From contig QHVB01000030.1 in NCBI GenBank assembly GCA_003222195.1, positions 114,883-178,882 on the forward strand: a stretch of 64,000 nucleotides of DNA. Reading direction: 5' to 3'. The stretch's first letter is position 1. Each line of letters begins with the position of its first letter. Shown here piece after piece: positions 61,921-64,000 of this stretch. This stretch comes from Gemmatimonadota bacterium. GTDB lineage: Bacteria; Gemmatimonadota; Gemmatimonadetes; Gemmatimonadales; GWC2-71-9. The notes under the pieces were generated by a model. The model worked only from the letters and a program-made list of their open reading frames with translations. It had not been told where the DNA came from and ran no database searches. Position numbers and translations under genes: made by a program.

Positions 61921-62207
61921 ACACTCGGACGGTTTCCCTCTACGTGGTGAGCCTCGGCGCAGTCGGCGGCTACCTGCTATGGCAGGGGCACGAGCGCCGC
62001 CGGATGGTGCAGGATCTTCGCGGGGCCGATCGACAAGCAGTCTACGAGAGCACGATTACGGGCTTCAAGAAGCTCTGCGTGGATCGAGGCGGCGAGGCCT
62101 TTGAGAAGTACTGTGACGCGCAACGCGATTTCCTGGAGCTTTTCCCGGAGTGTGATACCGGCTGTGCGCGGCTGCTTGCGAAGGCGGAGCAACTGCCGAC
62201 GCGGTAG
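61917..62207 (+). CDS. Small membrane-anchored hypothetical protein with 4 Cys
   Basis: ATGA overlap with the transporter stop; N-terminal TM; C..YC..FPECDTGC. Confidence 0.65.
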   Translation: MNTRTVSLYVVSLGAVGGYLLWQGHERRRMVQDLRGADRQAVYESTITGFKKLCVDRGGEAFEKYCDAQRDFLELFPECDTGCARLLAKAEQLPTR

Positions 62208-62224
62208 GACGGTCTAGCAACGAG

Positions 62225-62497
62225 CTACAGCTTCAGGAGGGCGATTAGTGTACCCAAAGTCCCGACCCAGAAGACAAACATCCAGCGGATCACTTTCGTC
62301 TCGAGACGCGCAAGGTCGGCTCGCACTTCGGCAACCGCCTGCGCCAGCCTAGACTCAAACCGCGCCCAGTTCAGGTCACTGGTCTCACGCAGCTCGGACC
62401 GGTACGTCGCGTCCACCTGGTTGAACCACTCCACGAGCTCGTTGGTGAGGTCGTCTCCGAACCTCTCGTAGAACTTGTGAGAGAGCTTGACGGTCAC
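62225..62497 (-). CDS. Small coiled-coil protein with C-terminal TM (DUF1640-like)
   Basis: ELVEWFNQVDATYRSEL...VIRWMFVFWVG. Confidence 0.65.
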   Translation of the reverse strand: MTVKLSHKFYERFGDDLTNELVEWFNQVDATYRSELRETSDLNWARFESRLAQAVAEVRADLARLETKVIRWMFVFWVGTLGTLIALLKL

Positions 62498-62591
62498 CGG
62501 GATCGCGAGCCCATGGAGGATCCGGTGACAGGATCAGCATACGCTCGGCGTTCTTGATAATCAATGCATCGCGACCGACATCATTCGACCG

Positions 62592-64000
62592 CTAGTCGCC
62601 TGCGACCAATGTCGTGGGGATGTACGGCGCCTCATGCACCATGGCGGGCTTGCGGCGCGACAGCACCAGCCACCACTCCCGTGCCGACGTGATCACGAGC
62701 ATTGCAACGACGGCCATGAAGAACAGCGTGATCCCCGCGTCGAGGTAGAAGTTCGCGATCCGTAGGCCGGCGCTCGGATCGGCCGAACCCACCAGCACCG
62801 CGGCGCGCGCGAAGAATCCGAGCTTGGGATCGGCAGAGAACACGAGCTGCGTGCCCGCCGTCATCGTGACCGTGATGATCCACGCCAGCGGGCCGAGTGT
62901 GACCCACGCGTACCGCTGCTTTCCCATCTTGATGAGGATGGTGGTGGCGACGCAAAGCGCGACGGCCGCCAGCAGTTGATTCGCGATCCCGAACAAGGGC
63001 CAGAGGGCATTGATGCCGCCGTAGGGATCCACCACACCCTGCCACAGGAAGTACCCCCACGCCGCGCACACCGCGGCGCTCGAGATCACCACGCTGGGCA
63101 GCCACGAGGTTCCGGCGAACTTGGGCCAGGCGTGGCCGACGATCTCCTGGAGCATGAACCGGCCGACGCGCGTCCCGGTGTCGATCGTGGTCAGGATGAA
63201 CAGCGCCTCGAACATGATGGCGAAGTGATACCAGAGTGCGGACAGCGTCTTGCCGCCGATGGCGCTGGTCAGTCCAGAGAAGATGTGCGCGATGCCCACC
63301 GCCAGTGACGGCGCGCCACCCGTCCGCGCGATCAGCGTCTGCTCCCCCATCTGCGCCGCCAGCGCCTGCATGTACTGCGGCGTGACGACGAAGCCCGCCT
63401 GGTTCAGCACATCCGATGCCCCGGCCAGCGCGGCGGGCGTCGTGTTCATCGCGAAATACACGCCGGGATCGAGCGTGCAGGCCGCGATCATCGCCATGAT
63501 GCCCACGAACGATTCCATGATCATCCCGCCGTAGCCGATCAGCCGCGCGTCGGTCTCGCGCGTGATCATTTTCGGCGTGGTGCCCGACGCGACCAGCGAG
63601 TGGAAGCCCGAAATGGCACCGCAGGCGATCGTGATGAACGCGAAGGGGAACAGCTTGCCGGCAAAGACCGGCCCCTCGCCGGCCGTGGCGAACGGCGTCA
63701 GCGCCGGCATTCGGAGTGGCGGCAGGATGATCAGGATCGCGACGCCCAGCAAAACCACGGTCGTGATTTTGAGGAAGGTCGAGAGGTAGTCCCGCGGGCA
63801 CAGCAACATCCAGACGGGCAGCACAGACGCGATGAAGCCATACGCGATCATCATCCCCGCGAGGGACGTGCCGCTGTGCGTGAACGCCGCCGCGAGACCA
63901 GGATGGCTCGCGACGCTGCCGCCCGCGACCAGAGCGACGAGCAAGAGCAGCGCGCCGATGATCGACGCCTCGGCCACTCTGCCGGGGCGCCAGCGCTTCA
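62592..64000 (-). CDS. cstA: Carbon starvation protein A (5' part outside window)
   Basis: LPVWMLLCPRDYLS, FITIACGAISGFH, SGTTPK, DTGTRVGRF, LWPLFGIANQLL. Confidence 0.95.
   Translation of the reverse strand, partial: KRWRPGRVAEASIIGALLLLVALVAGGSVASHPGLAAAFTHSGTSLAGMMIAYGFIASVLPVWMLLCPRDYLSTFLKITTVVLLGVAILIILPPLRMPALTPFATAGEGPVFAGKLFPFAFITIACGAISGFHSLVASGTTPKMITRETDARLIGYGGMIMESFVGIMAMIAACTLDPGVYFAMNTTPAALAGASDVLNQAGFVVTPQYMQALAAQMGEQTLIARTGGAPSLAVGIAHIFSGLTSAIGGKTLSALWYHFAIMFEALFILTTIDTGTRVGRFMLQEIVGHAWPKFAGTSWLPSVVISSAAVCAAWGYFLWQGVVDPYGGINALWPLFGIANQLLAAVALCVATTILIKMGKQRYAWVTLGPLAWIITVTMTAGTQLVFSADPKLGFFARAAVLVGSADPSAGLRIANFYLDAGITLFFMAVVAMLVITSAREWWLVLSRRKPAMVHEAPYIPTTLVAGD

Overview
High-GC bacterial chromosomal window. 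The gene order and protein styles suggest Gemmatimonadota (inference, not verified). The housekeeping backbone is aroC-aroK-topA-trmFO-xerC-hslV-hslU, argF-gcvT-mog-like, a truncated atp operon (atpZ/I/B/E/F/H only), a TetR-TolC-EmrAB efflux operon, leuA-like/DUF885/MFS/kup, a c-di-AMP riboswitch ahead of a KimA-like K+ transporter, and a partial cstA. The strongest candidate for an undescribed system is a c-di-GMP signalling cluster at about 13.2-19.7 kb. It holds a sigma54 activator with a pseudo-receiver domain, a diguanylate cyclase fused to an [FeFe]-hydrogenase-like Fe-S sensor, a conserved hypothetical protein, an HTH-receiver regulator, an unannotated 24-aa hydrophobic peptide behind a structured leader, and a multi-TM HD-GYP phosphodiesterase. 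A lower-GC defence-like islet follows (about 19.9-24.8 kb). A 28-bp GTAG-type palindrome occurs five times: it is inserted in-frame in genes (peptide VGAQHAAPL) and supplies stop codons. Other short repeat families also sit inside coding sequences or supply ribosome-binding sites.
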